From Camelus dromedarius (Eukaryota), in NCBI RefSeq assembly GCF_036321535.1, contig NC_087436.1:11470001-11534000 (forward strand): DNA of 64,000 nt. The letters are read 5' to 3'. The notes under the pieces were generated by a model. That model searched no databases. It saw only the letters and a list, made by a program, of their open reading frames with translations, and was not told where the DNA came from. A program made the position numbers and the translations under genes. Below, piece by piece: positions 37,791-51,044 of the stretch (within the stretch, counting starts at the first letter, position 1; every line of letters starts with the position of its first letter).

Positions 37791-39419
37791 TTCCACTCTA
37801 CCTCGCCTGGACAGGTTTCTGCGGATCCTGCACACGCCCTGCATTCCTACTCTTAGAATCCCCTAGGTCTGTGGCAGATTCACTGCCCAGAAGAGTTAAA
37901 TCCCAAGGGCAATTTTGGGCTCTCCTAATAGCCTGCAAGTGTGGGGAAGGGGCAGCCACTTCTCAGGCACCTCCCCCACCATGCTGCACCCCAAGACTTA
38001 GAGATTAAGCAAAGCATTTTTGCCTCAAGTTTTCATGTGTGAGTAAAGAAGTCTTTCAGGATGTCTACAAAACATACTTCCTTTGATTCCAAATTATATT
38101 CCATACATCATTTCTGCCTTCCATCCCCAAATGCTGGGACACTGTCTCCTTGATTTAAGGGGTCCTTTTCCTCTAAGGACACTTCTCACATCAGCCTGTC
38201 TGCCCTCCTCTCAGAGGCACTGCGATGTCGAGGAAAGAGCCTGGGAGTCAGAAAACACAGCTTGAAATCCAGTTCTACAACTTTCCCTCAGAGCCTTACT
38301 TTCCTCATCTCTAAAACGGACAAAATTATATTGTCTCATAAGGTGCCGTAAGGATCAAATCACATGTGAAATCTCGACATGGGACTGGGCACAAATGAGG
38401 AACTTTTGACCTGTTGCTTCCTTCCTGTCTCCCCCTCGCCCTTCCCACTTCTCTTTCCTGTGAACTGCTGGAGGGGGGCCAGGGGCACGGGGATCTCTCT
38501 GTGTGTATCCAGCACAGCAACGCACATCATTAAGTCCTTTGCAAATGCTTTTTGATTAAGTTCAGCACGATCATAGCAGGAGAAAAGCACTTTGCTCAAT
38601 CACCTTGATTGGATGTTTTTCCTTGGCAGAAACTCAGATGGCACTAATGCTAAATTCAGAGTGTGGTTTTGGCAAATCACATAATGATACTTCGATTCAT
38701 TGCTCCCGAGATGGGATGAGACTTCTCACACCTGCCTCACAACTTTGTTTCTGTGCTGCTGAGCAGTCAGACATCTAGAATTTGAGGTCCTGCCCTTTGT
38801 CGATAACACAGTTTTGTAAGACAGAAGCAGAGAGATTAAGTGGAGGCTGGTCAGAGTGGCTGAGGACGTGGTCCATCACCTGTTCACCATGCCCGCCTCC
38901 AAAGGTCAGGAAGAGAGGGCCAGCTGGAGGAGAGGAGGCTTTCAGTAGGGACCCAAGTGTTAGCTGGGGCCTCCCGGCCTTTCTCCCTTCACTGATTGCT
39001 GCAAGAACCCAATTTACACCAGGTGTTTGCAGACTGTAGAATTTAGTAGGGATCTGGGGAGGTGTGGGGCTTTCTGCCATCTTCGGGCTCAGCCCTTTTC
39101 CCTCCTCCTTGCTCCATGCATACCCTGGTTGCATCTTGTGTTGCACTCGGAACTGTAAGCTGTCCAGCAGATGGAACTGACTGGCTTCACGACAGCTGAG
39201 CCATCTGGTTGCAAGTTCCCGGGACCACACCTGCACTTAGAGGTGCAGTTCTCATCCAGTCCACTGAGCAGTGCTGCTCCTCCACTAGGAGGATGGACAG
39301 TGGCCTCTTAGAGTGTAATCTTTCTCAGCAAGTGGATAAGTACGTAGTGTTTCTGGCTAAGTGCTTAAAGATAGATGGTTGTTTCCGTTTCACATATGAA
39401 GAGGCTCTTTAGTGGGTAC

Positions 39420-39912
39420 TGTGAACGAAAATACTGCAATGTGAGTGAAAATACTGCAAACATATCAGTAAACAAAGAATGCTGAAACCAAGTCACCAGC
39501 GGCTGCCGCCACCCCCCAGTGGGGACAGGCCTGCAGCCCAGCCCCTGCAGCCACTTATAATGGTGTACACTGAGCAGACTCAGAATAAGAAAGGACAGGA
39601 TACTGGCCCTAGATGGCTAGGTGCTTGTCAAAGGAATGAATTCAATGAGCCCAAAGGTTTGCTCCCTCCCATACATAGAAAAGCACTAAATTCTTTAACT
39701 TGAGATGCCTGGTTTTCTTTAGATAACAAGTATCTTTTATTGTTCCAACTACCTGGTCTTTGTTGTAAAGCTCCTATATATCCTAGCTCCTCCCCTACCT
39801 CTTCGGAGCAGCCCCTCAGAGCCATCTGAGAGGTTAGCATCTCGGCTCGAGTCCTCCCACCAAATAAAACATAACTTTTAACTTTAAGGCTGCGCGTTTA
39901 TTTCAGTCAACA
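39420..39912 (+). mobile_element. ERV1 solo LTR, copy A
   Basis: TG...CA termini, perfect TSD GTAC, TATA-like ctatata and AATAAA. Confidence 0.92.
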
Positions 39913-40467
39913 GTACTAAATAAATCAGGTGAGCTATTATTTGAAATAGCACTTAGGCATTGTGTTAGGAGGTTGACATATTGGAATATCTAAAGACAGT
40001 CTTAAAATGTGAGACCTTAATTAGTGTGTCTCAACTATGATGATCATTGTCTTTTTCATCAACACTAAGGCTAGAGCGTTTGGTTCTGCATCAAGATGTT
40101 TTGTGTACCTGGATCAGTTTCTCCAATAAAAGAATTAGAGGCATTTTGGCATGGTAGTTGAGAGATTTTTTTTTTTCTGTATTATATCATCAACGAATTT
40201 TATTATATCATGTTCTAATTTATTTATTTATTTCATGATTTTTTTCAGTTTTATTGAGGTATAATTGACAAGTAAAATGAAAAGATATTTAAAATGTACA
40301 GCACACTATGTTTAACTTAAACATGTATTATCCACTGTGGCCAACTTTATTGTTGCTATTGTTTGTTTTCGTTTTTCTTAATTCTTATTGATATTTAATT
40401 CACATACCATAACACCATTTAAAGTGGATAATTCAGTGATATTAAAAATACATGTTTACAAGTTTAC

Positions 40468-40946
40468 TGAGAATGAAAAATACTTCAAACCACATCAGTA
40501 AACAAAGAATGCTGAAGCCATCAAGTCATCAGCAGCTGCTGCCACCCCCCAGTGAAGACAAGCCTGCAGCCTGGCCACTGCAGCCACTCACAATGGTGCA
40601 CCCTGAGGGGACTCAGAATAAGAAAGTACAGGATACTGGCCCTAGATAGCTAGGTGCTTGTCAAAGGAATGAATCCAATGAACCCAAATATTTGCCTCCT
40701 CCCATACATAGAAAAGCACTAAATTCTTTAACTTGAGATGTCTGGTTTTCTTTAGATAACAAGTAATGTTTCATTGTTCAAACTACCTGGTCTTTGTTGT
40801 AAAGCTCCTATATATCCTGGGTCCTCCCCTACCTCTTCAGAGCAGTCCCTCAGAGCCATCTGAGAGGCTGTCATCCCAGCTCGAGTCCTCCCGCCAAATA
40901 AAACGTAACGCTCAACTTTTAGGCTGCACATTTATTTCAGTAGACA
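40468..40946 (+). mobile_element. ERV1 solo LTR, copy B (same family as copy A)
   Basis: Colinear with copy A, TG...CA termini, TSD ttac/ttgc, inserted in an antisense L1M 3' fragment. Confidence 0.92.
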
Positions 40947-41141
40947 TTGCCGCTATCTAATTCCAGAATGTTTTCATCACCCCAAATGGGGAATATTTCA
41001 ATAGTATGTCTCAAAACATGCCTTTACTTTAATATAAGATTATACCTAGAAAAATGATTAATTGGAATGCCCTTTAGAAGATTTCGAATTCTTTTGAGTA
41101 AGAGGAATAGCCAAGGCAATCATACAATAACATCTTCCTGC

Positions 41142-41205
41142 AATTAAACTGATCACATTTACTAATTGAACTGATCACATTTACAGTTAAATTGATTACA
41201 TTTAC
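41142..41205. repeat. Three-unit ~21-bp minisatellite
   Basis: aattaaactgatcacatttac / aattgaactgatcacatttac / agttaaattgattacatttac. Confidence 0.85.
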
Positions 41206-41882
41206 AAGAACACTATGATAGTAAATGGTTTGCAAGCGTTTTGCTAAAGAAAAGAGAGCAGATGGAGTAAGGGCAGTAGGGGAGGAAATACATCCTTTCC
41301 TCACCAGTTTAAAATAATCAGCATGCTCTTTATTCTCAGGTAGGGTGGTTTAAAAAAAAAAAAAAAAGAATGTGGGTGGTTGTGTTATTTAGAATTCTCT
41401 TGCCTGCAAACCAGCAAGTGGAAACCAGCCCTGGCCAGCACTAAGAAGAGAGCTGGAGACAGAGATGGGGGTAGGGAGAGGGAGGAAAGGAGAAAGGGAG
41501 AGAAAGAGAGAGGGAAAACTTGAGAGAGTTTATTATAAAGAGGTGGGGATGCCTGCCAGTGAACTGGAGCTAGGTTGCCTGCAGCAAGGGAAATATTTTG
41601 CACCATTTTTCTCTACTCGCTGACCAACTTTCTCTGTTTCCCAAGCCACATGGCAGAAAACCTGGCTCCCAAAACATTCCAAATTTTTATTAGCCTAGAG
41701 GTCCATCCACCTGGTGAAAGAATTTTCTGATTCCCAAGGATTGGGATTGGCCAAGTTTTGGACAGCTGTCCACAGCAGAACCAATCTGTCGATGATAATT
41801 TAGATAGACTTCAGGGTAAGAAAAGCAGGAAAGAGTTGCCTCAAGAAGAGAAATTTGGGAAATCAAATAGGGTTTCACTAGT

Positions 41883-42001
41883 GGGGGAGGGTATAGCTCA
41901 GTGGTAGAATGCATGGTTAGCACGCACACGGTCCTGGGTTCAACCTCCAGGACCCCCATTAAATAAATAAATCTAATTATCTCCCCGCTCCAAAAAAAAA
42001 A
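41883..42001 (+). mobile_element. Vic-1-like SINE
   Basis: gggggagggtatagctcagtggtagaatgcatggttagcacgcac; flanking tttcacta repeat. Confidence 0.92.
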
Positions 42002-42780
42002 GTTTTCACTACAGTGATCTTTATGGTCTCCTCTATCTAAACAGGATTGTTTCTGTTTGAAATTTCTGCAGTTCCCTACCCTTACTGCCACTAGCCATAA
42101 TAAAAGAAATAAACCCACCGCCTTGTTTGAAAATGAATTACAGTCATCACTTCTAACCTCCAATGTCTATTTCCAACTTGAAGAAAGAGGTGGCACTTAA
42201 CCCTACATGGTAGAAAACTGTGGAGTCTATTCAGCCTAGCCTTTCAGTGAGCTGCAGTGAAGACTGACTCAGGAGAAGATAAGGAAGCCTCTGTTCCTGG
42301 CACACTCTCAGATATTCACGAGAGCTTTCCACCTCAGCATTTAAATAATGAAGAGCTGCTGGGAGTTGAAACCAAGTGCTTCTGTTACCCGGCTATAGCT
42401 TGAAAGGAAACAAAACAAAACCCTCTTAAGATGTTGCAGAAAGCAGTTATTTCTGGGATTCTGATAATAATACTTGATAATAGGATCTGTGAATGGCATT
42501 TTGCCTTCAAAAGGGTTTAAAAAGCATTATATGAAAAACAAATGGCCAATAAAAAATTTATATGTACAGCCTCACTAGTGAAAAAAAAAAAAGAAAAGGA
42601 AAGCAGAAACCATTGTTTTGGTCAGCAATTTGCCAATGAATTTAAGAAAATGATCACTGTTCATTTACTGATGGAGGTGTGATAAAACAGACACCATCAG
42701 GATCTGACGATGGGGTGAAAATTGGCAGACTTTCTAGAGGTAAATCTGGTTGTCTGTATTAAGGGAATTTTTAGAAGATT

Positions 42781-42963
42781 TTTTGGGGTAATTAGGTTTA
42801 TTTATTTATGTATTTATTTATTTTATTATAATCTTTTTTCTAGTTTTTTGGGGGAGAGGAGGTAATTAGGTTTATTTTTTAATTTATTTTTAGAGGAGGT
42901 ACTGGGACCAGGACCTCAGGCAAGCTAAGCACACACTCTACCACTGAGCTCTACCCTACCCCT
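42781..42963 (-). mobile_element. Vic-1-like SINE with a doubled tail segment
   Basis: ggtaattaggtttattt occurs twice (about 42787 and 42861). Confidence 0.85.
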
Positions 42964-44005
42964 TGTTTGTTTTATTTCTCCCCCTTTCAAGTTTTTTTTT
43001 TTTTAAGGTTTTTTTTTTAAAGGAATTTCACCCCAACACACACACAAATACATGCATTCAAATGTGTTCGGTGTGACATTTTTTGAATAATAAATGTCAA
43101 AGAGAGAGAAAAAAAGTTAAAATATCAAGTATGAGATTAAATGACTAAGTAAACTAAGGCTTACCAACACAATAGACTATTATGCAAGTGCTTTAACTGA
43201 CGCACAGATATTAATCTCTCTCCATATTTAGAGAAAATTGATAATTCTCAGATGTTCAATAGTGCATTGAACTACTAACACATGATGTTGAACAAATGAT
43301 AAATGTACTATTTGACAAATGCAGTAAAGAATGTCCATAGGTTAGAGTCTGGACAAAAACTATAATATAATGTCAAGTGAAAAAACTAGGATTCAGTTTG
43401 TTACATTCATACACACATGTATACAGAAAACAAAAGCAAGGAATTGCTCCACCATTTTAATAATGGCTATCTCCCAAAGTCAAGTATGAATTTTACTTTT
43501 AAAGTTCATTCTTTATATTTTATGGATTTTCTAATTTTGTGTATAGCTCATATGTATTAGTTTTATAATAAATATATTAAAATTGAAATGCTGTTCAGCT
43601 GCTTTCTAAGGGTTCTCTTTTTTTTTTACATTTTTTATTGACGTGTAGTTGATTTACAGTGTTAGTTTCTGGTGTACAGCAAAGTGATTCAGTTTTACAT
43701 ATACATGCATATATATTTTTTCTTTTCAGATTCTTTTCCATTGTATGTTATTACAAGAAATTGAATATAGTTCCCTGTGCTATATACAGTAGTACAGATC
43801 CTCTTTGATAGCACTATTGATGGTATCTTCTAGAACGTATCAAAGGCTGTCTTCTCTGCCTGACTGTTGAGTTCTAAGTTTTCCCCACTTCTGCCTTTCC
43901 TTACCCCATTCCCTCAGAACCACAGTGCCCTAGTGCCTCAGATGCCATCCAACCCTGTGCCCCACACCCACGTTTCTGTCCTTATGCACTAAGTATTAAT
44001 AATAC

Positions 44006-44601
44006 TGAAGTGGCAAGGAAGGGGACAGGGCACAACCATTGAAGGAATGACACATCCATTGAGGACAGGACACACTGGTTAGAACCAAGATGGCAGAAGA
44101 TTTGACTTCCTGTAGTCCTTGAGCCACATGGCACAGCCACAGGGCCATGACAGTGCCTAGGCTGGTCATAAAGGATCAAAAAGTGGGAGAGGGCATTTCC
44201 TGGAAATCCTCTCCCCTTCCCCAAAGTAGTTGGAATAATCCTGCTCATTAGCATATGAAATTACCAAGCCCACAAAACCTAACAACTGTGCACCTCGTGG
44301 TCACTCTCACTCTGTCACTCTCTCTTGCCTTCTGAGACAGCCTGCACTCTATGGAGTATGTATCTGCTTTTACTTTAAACTAAACATCCCACAGCTCTCG
44401 GCTTCTCTTCCTCTCACCTTTCTGAGATGGCCCACATTCTGCCTATGGAGCGTGTATCTCCTAAGCCACTCTCCCTTCTGAGAGAGACAGACCCCACTCT
44501 GTCTGTGGAGTGTGCATCTCTAAATAAACCTGCTTTCACTTTACCACGCCTTGCTCTTGAATTCTTTCCTGGGTGAAACAAGAACCTATTTTCCCCCAAC
44601 A
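44006..44601 (+). mobile_element. ERV1 solo LTR with internal ~40-bp repeats
   Basis: TG...CA termini, perfect TSD ATAC; three copies of ttctgaga..cac(t)ct..tggag..tg.atct; AATAAA at 44523. Confidence 0.9.
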
Positions 44602-44619
44602 ATACTGGCTATTTATTAA

Positions 44620-44810
44620 GTACTTACCAAATGGCAGGCACTTGCTTTTACAAGGCATTATCTCATGTAACTCTTACAATAACACTATGAGACAGCTAAT
44701 TTAGAGGGGAAATTACAGCTCCAAAAAGTTAAGCAACTTCCCTAAGCTCACACACAGCTAGAGGGTGTTGGGACCAGATTTCAAACCCAGGTCTGTTTTG
44801 ACTCAAAGGC
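44620..44810 (-). mobile_element. MIR SINE
   Basis: atctcatgtaactcttacaataac..aagttaagcaacttccctaagctcacac..gatttcaaacccaggtctg. Confidence 0.75.
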
Positions 44811-45654
44811 AACGTGTCACTAGAAATGATCTGGTCTGTCCCCAATAGCTGACCACTTCCTGCAGACCCCTCATAAGACCCTTCTCCCTCACCTCACTGC
44901 CCCCAACTCCAAACTTACACTTACGTGTCATGTGACCAGCATTGCCAATCTTGGACCTGATTAGTAATTACCAATCCCCCTTTAAAGCCATACTTGAACC
45001 CTGAATTTTTCTTTGCCCCAGATTTTTCCCATCAGACTTTTGGGGACCACCATGTTTCCTACCTTTCCCTCACTTTACTTCATCTGTTTCTTCTTAAAAC
45101 TTGTTTTTTGCACCTAACATGGTGCTATGCATTTAATTTGAGGTTTCTTCAATTAAATTCAATCTTTTTTTCCTACCAATTGTCATGACATTATTATGTT
45201 ACTGTCTTGCTGGGTTACAGTTTTCCTATGGCTTTACTAACTATCTTTCCTCCCAACAACTTGGCATTTATCCCCACTAAAATCTCATTACCAGTGATTT
45301 CCTGATTACTGAATAATTGAAATCTTTTTTTTTTTTTTTTTTTTGCATATTCTCCTCGTTTTTGGTCTGCTGGCTCATTTAACAGCACTTCTGTCTCAGT
45401 TTACCTCAGCCTGAGATCTGGGCTACTTTGTTCTCTTCTTTCCTTCTCCTGTTCTCTCCTTCTCTCTCCTTCACTAACCTTTCTCCTATTCTTTCGTTGT
45501 GAGCTGTCTCTCAAACTTGATCCTCGGCTTTGTCTTTTCTCCCTTTTATAATCATCTTTAGAATGAAGTAATTCCAACACCCTGCCTTTCTCCAATAGCC
45601 TCTTCACAGCCAGAATGAGTGCTTTTCAGCCTAGGACTTGCCTCCATTTAATAA

Positions 45655-45760
45655 GTGGGGTGGGTACAGCTTAGTGGTCAAGCGTGGTCAAGCATACTTA
45701 GCATGGGCAAGGTCCTGGGTTCAATCCCCAGTACATCCAAAAATTTTTTTTTAAAAAAAG
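45655..45760 (+). mobile_element. Vic-1-like SINE with a small internal duplication
   Basis: gtggtcaagc gtggtcaagc; ggtcctgggttcaatccccagta. Confidence 0.85.
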
Positions 45761-47065
45761 AAGTTAGCAAAAGCAAAAAGGATGTCTGCTATGAATCCAA
45801 AGTTTACCAGGCATGTTCCATTAGGCAGTATTCCACAGACTTGCAGATCTTGTCGGGTAGACAAATGACTCCTATTTCTTCCTTCTACTTTGGTTAATGC
45901 TCTGTTGCTAAAACCTTCCCTACCTGCTCCATCTCTCCTGCTGGTCAGAGAGCCCTCTCTGGCTGCTACTAGGTGGACCTCTCCAGTGTTTCTCAGGCCT
46001 GGGCAATTCTCTAGGTTCCCAATTGTCATGACCACCTAACTAAATAAATGGCTTTCATATATAAAGAACTAGCACCCACTTTTCACTTTTCTCCAAATTT
46101 ATACTACTAACTCCTTATAAGAGATTTTCACTTGATTATTGACACCTAAGACCTTACATGCCAGTAATTGGCTGGGTCATTTTTACCCATGTTGTCAACA
46201 TCTCCACTGGTTCCTAGCATCACTACCAGCCCGGCATACTTAGTATCAAATCTTGGACTTTATCTTTTGACCCCTTCTTCATTCTTCATTCACAGTCCAA
46301 ATGGCTCTTCTTTCCAGGGTCTCAAAAACTTTCTGTGCTTTATATTTCTGATTCTCATCATCTTTTATTGTATCGCCCCACCCTCCTTGTTTCTAATACA
46401 CCACTCTTCCATTTCCTCTTAGGCTGAATTCTTCAAATAATTTCCCTTTAACACAGTTTTCATCATGGCATTTCCCCTTTCAAAGTTCTGCAGTGGCATT
46501 TGGAAAAGCCTAATCATGACAAATAAAAAACTCTCCAGCGAAATCAACACTGCTCATTCACTCCTCTCTACATCGGTTCCCCAAGCTTATTTTATATCAC
46601 GTTCTGCTCCAGTTCTTTAGCTCCATCCCAAACTATCTGAGTTCCTTCTTTTGTACTAATTCATAAGTCTGGCTCCAGGAAAGGTCAAATACATTAATTA
46701 TCTCCATCTGAGAGGTCACTGTGGCGAACACTGGAGTCAGCAGTCAGAGATTTGCATCCCAGCTCTGCCATTCACTCATGTGACCTTGTTGAAGCAACTC
46801 CCTTCATCTGTTTCCCACTTATAAAATAAGATCAAAAGGACCAGCCCTGCATTTGCTGTGAGAACCCCTGAGTTAATGTATGAGAAAGTGTTTTATCAAC
46901 CTCCAGGCAATGTAGGAGAACAAGGGAGCCCAGTGAAAGGGACAGCTAAATTTCCAGGAAGCTGCTGCCATCCCCTCTTTGATGTGATCTGATTTTGACC
47001 GGAGAAGCATGTATCAAATAATTTTTTGTAAATTTAAAAGTGTTAATTTAAAAAACCCAAATTCC

Positions 47066-47162
47066 TGGGAGGAGGGTATAACTCAGTGGTGGAGCACATG
47101 CTTAGCATGAGTGAGGTCCTGGGTTCAATCCCTATTACCTCTATTCAAAAAAAAAAAAAAAA
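47066..47162 (+). mobile_element. Vic-1-like SINE
   Basis: ggagggtataactcagtggtggagcacatgcttagcatg..poly(A). Confidence 0.9.
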
Positions 47163-47894
47163 TCACCAAAAAACTCCTTAATAAAAACACCTGACTTGCA
47201 GATGTCACTGTGCTTGGTTCCTGCCTTTTAGCTGAGAATCTGTTTTCTGCTCAGCATCTTGGTTCAGCATGACAAGCAAATTTTTGGCTCCTTAAAAGCT
47301 GGCAAGCCATACTCTTGTCCCTGAAGATATTTAAATCTTTCTTGGCACATGATGGTTTCCTCTTGAGTGTTAAAATGAAATGATGCCTTCCAGACTTTCT
47401 GAAATAGACCTGTAAGAAAGATGTGTGATGCTCTCATTTTGACAAAATGATCTTCATAAATCACAGATGTAATGGGCTGTGGTCAAGTCAACAGCCCTGC
47501 AGGATCTCTCAGATCTCCTGCTTTGCTTTTCGATTCCAATTATTTAGATAATCTTTCTACCCCTCACTTCCTTCTCTTTCTTAGTGTTAATTAACCAAGG
47601 CTGTTTCCCTGATGTTTTTTCTCTGTTATTTTCCCAGGGCTTGCATTTTTTTCCTGGTAGTTCTGACAGACCATCTGTCAAAATTTTGCTGGTTTCACAG
47701 CAGTTTCATGCTTTTGTTTTTTTCCCTCTCTCTCTTTTTAGAACTGCTCAAATTATACACAAATAAATTCTCATTGCAAAAGGTTCAAACAATACAGAAG
47801 TTCGTAGAGTAGTATTTTGGGTTTTTAGTCGCCTGCTCCCCTTCCTAGTTCCCTCTATAGAGGTAACTGCCACTGTTACAGTTTGGTGGGTATC

Positions 47895-48426
47895 TGTCTT
47901 AGTTGGGGGTCCCCAGAGAAACAGAACCCACAGGATATACATAGACAGAGCTAGAGATATAGATAGAAGAGATTTATTATAGGAATTGGTTCCTGTGGTT
48001 ATGGATGCCAAGGTGTCCCACAATCTGCCATCTGCAAACTGGAGAACAGGAAAGCTGGTGCTGCCCTTCAGTCCAAGTCTGAAGGCCTGAGAATGGGGGT
48101 CTCAGGGATGATGGTGTAAGTTCCAGTCTGAGTCCAGAAGTCCAAGAACCAGGAGCACTGAGGTCTGTGGACAGGAGAAGGTGGATGTCTTAGCTTGAAC
48201 AGAGAGATCAAATTCACCCTCCCCTCACCTTGTTGTTCTAGTCATCCCACAATGGGTTGGATGATGCCCACTCACCTTCCTGAGGGCGATCTTCTTCACT
48301 CTATCCACTGATTCGAATGCTAATCTCTTCCAGAGACACCCTGACAGCCACACCTAGAAATAGTGTTTTACCAGCTACCTGGTCATCCCTTAGCCTGGTC
48401 AAGTTGACACATAACATTCACCATCA
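47895..48426 (-). mobile_element. MLT2 (ERVL) solo LTR
   Basis: ccagagaaacagaacc..gagatttattataggaattgg..aagttgacacata..ccatca; 5-bp TSD gtatc/gtgtc. Confidence 0.88.
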
Positions 48427-48502
48427 GTGTCCTTCACTTCTCTTTGTATATATGTAGGCCGTGGACATACACATCATCTGCACAATAGATCTATGATACA
48501 CT

Positions 48503-49775
48503 TCTTTTTTAATTTTTTTTCTAGTTGAGGTAGAGTTGATGTACAAGATTATATAAGTTTCAGGTGTACAAAAGGGTGAGTCACAATTTTTAAGAAGTAT
48601 TTATCTTATTTATTTTTTTGTTTTTGGGGGTAGGTAATTAGGTTTATTTATTTACTTGTTTATTTTAATGGAGGTACTGGGGATTGAACCCAGGACCTCA
48701 TGCATGCTAAGCACGTGCTCTACCACTGAGCTTTACCCTCCCCCGCCCGTGATTCACAATTTTTAAAGGTTATATTCCACTTATAATTATTGTAAAACAT
48801 TGTCTACATTCCCTGTGCTGTGCACTATATCCTTGTGAGCTTATTTATTTTATACACAGTAGTTTGTACTTCTTAATCCCCTACTCCTACCTTGCCCACC
48901 CTCCTTTCCTCTTCCCGCTTGTAACCACTGGTTTGTTCTCTATATCTGTGTATGTTTCTTTTTTTTTTTATTATATTCACTAGTTTGTTTTATTTTTTAG
49001 ATTCCACATATAAATGATATCATACAGTATTTGTCTTTCTGTATCTGACTTATTCACTTAGCATAATGCTATCTGAGTCCATCCATGTTGTTGCAAATGG
49101 CAAAATTTCATTCTTTTCAATGACTGAGTAGTAGTCTGCTGTATATTCATACATACCACATCTTCTTTATCCATTTGTCTGGTGATGGACTCTTAGGTTG
49201 CTTCCATTTCCCGGCAATTGTAAATGTCTATTCAGGTTTTATGCCTATTTTTGATTGATTTTTTTTAATATTGAGTTGTATGACCTGTTTATATATTTTG
49301 GATATTAACCCCTTATAAGTCATATCATTTGTAAATGTTTTCTCTCATTCAGTAGGTTGTCTTTTCATTTTGTTGATGGTTTCCTTTGCTGTGCGAAACT
49401 TTTTAGGTTTAATTGGGTTCCATTTGTTTATTTTTGCTTTGGTTTCCTTTGCTTTAGAAGACAGATCCAAAAAGCATTGCTATGATTTATGTCAAAGATT
49501 GTTCTACCTATATTCTCTTCTAGGAGTTTTATTGTGTCATGTCTTATATTTAGGTCTTAATCCAATTAGAGTTTATTTTTGTATATGGTATGAGAAAATG
49601 TTCTAATTTCACTGTTTTACAGGTGGCTGTCCAATTTTCTGAGCATCACTTACTGAAGAGACTGTCTTTTCTTCGTTGTATATTCTTGCCTCCCTTGTCA
49701 TGGATTAACTGACCATAAGAACATGGGTTTATTTTTGGGCTCTTTACTCTATTCCATTGACCCATGTGTCTGTTT
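48503..49775 (-). mobile_element. LINE-1 3' fragment with an internal deletion and a nested SINE
   Basis: Antisense 3'UTR and ORF2 sequence. Confidence 0.88.
48594..48748 (-). mobile_element. Vic-1-like SINE nested in L1
   Basis: 18-bp TSD gtga(g/t)tcacaatttttaa. Confidence 0.92.
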
Positions 49776-50593
49776 TAACGATGCACTTCTTTTTAAAGTT
49801 AATAATCTTACAGAACATTTTGTGTCAGTACACATGTGTTTACCTCATTCTTTGATAATTATACAGTGTTCTATTCATGAATATGTCATCATTCCTTTAT
49901 CACCCGCCTATTGTTGAATGTTTTTTAACGTGGGAAACTGTTTCAGTAAAATACCCTTGAACCTAGGTACATATAAGCATGTATCTGTAGCATAAATACC
50001 TAGAAGAATTGCTAAGTTAGATGGATTCATTAGAATATAACTTGATAGACAGAGGGATATATATACACATACATATATGTATATACATACACATTTGTAC
50101 ATATAGTGAGCACTCAAAAATATTTATTAAATTGAATTGAAATAGTATCTGCATTTTTAATGTAAGACCTACTATAATAAGAAATTACAGGAGGAAAACA
50201 TGTTTAACGTCATAAATTATGAAAAAGCATTTGATAAAATGTAACACACACTCCCAATTTCATAGCAAGAAATAAAACAAAAACCTTAATACACTGGGAC
50301 TAAAAGGAAACTTCTTAATTTGATAAAGAGCATACATGGGAAAGCCATAGGCAACACCACATTTAGTGATGAAACAGTAGAAGTAGTCCTGTTAAAGTTA
50401 GGGAACAAGGTGGGCCCTGATAATAACTAGTACTCTTCAACATTTTGCTGGCTATTCTAGCCAGTTCAATAAGACAAGAAGAATAAGGTAAGTAAGATTA
50501 TTGGACAGGCAGAGACAAATCTGTCACTATTTGTCAGTAATATCATTATCTCCCTAAACAATCCAAGAGAATCTATTAGAGCCAATTAGATTT

Positions 50594-51044
50594 TTTTAAT
50601 TGATTTATAATCATTTTACAATGTTGTGTCAAATTCCAGTATAGAGCACAATTTTTAAGTTATACGTGAACATATATGTATGTATATATTCATTGTCATA
50701 TTTTTTCCTCTGTGAGCTATCATAAGATAAGATCTTGTATATATTTCCCTGTGCTATACAGTATAATCTTGTTTATCTATTCTACAATTCTGAAATCCCG
50801 TCTATCCCTTCCCACCCTCCGCCCCCTTGGCAACCACAAGTTTGTATTCTATGCCTATGAGTCTATTTCTGTTTTGTATTTATGCTTTGTTTTTCTGTTT
50901 TTGTTTTTGTTTTAGATTACACATATGAGCGATCTCATATGGTATTTTTCTTTCTCTTTCTAGCTTACTTCACTTAGAATGACATTCTCCAGGAGCATCC
51001 ATGTTGCTGCAAATGGTGTTATGTTGTCGGTTTTTATGGCTGAG
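50594..51044 (-). mobile_element. Young LINE-1 3' end (same family as 1..1165)
   Basis: 17-bp TSD tagagccaattagattt (50577..50593 / 51045..51061); sits within an old L1M ORF2 remnant. Confidence 0.95.

Noticed and set aside
39420..40946. Apparent two-LTR provirus
   Set aside because: Each LTR has its own TSD and the spacer shows no gag/pol, PBS or PPT
41142..41205. Short repeat arrays here and at about 29285, 36045 and 44330-44520 as possible CRISPR-like arrays
   Set aside because: Eukaryotic DNA; these are simple tandem duplications or LTR-internal repeats with no unique spacers and no cas genes
41883..41960. tRNA-Ala-like sequences (about 12 copies in the window)
   Set aside because: Diverged, carry AT-rich SINE tails and often TSDs; they are SINEs, not tRNA genes
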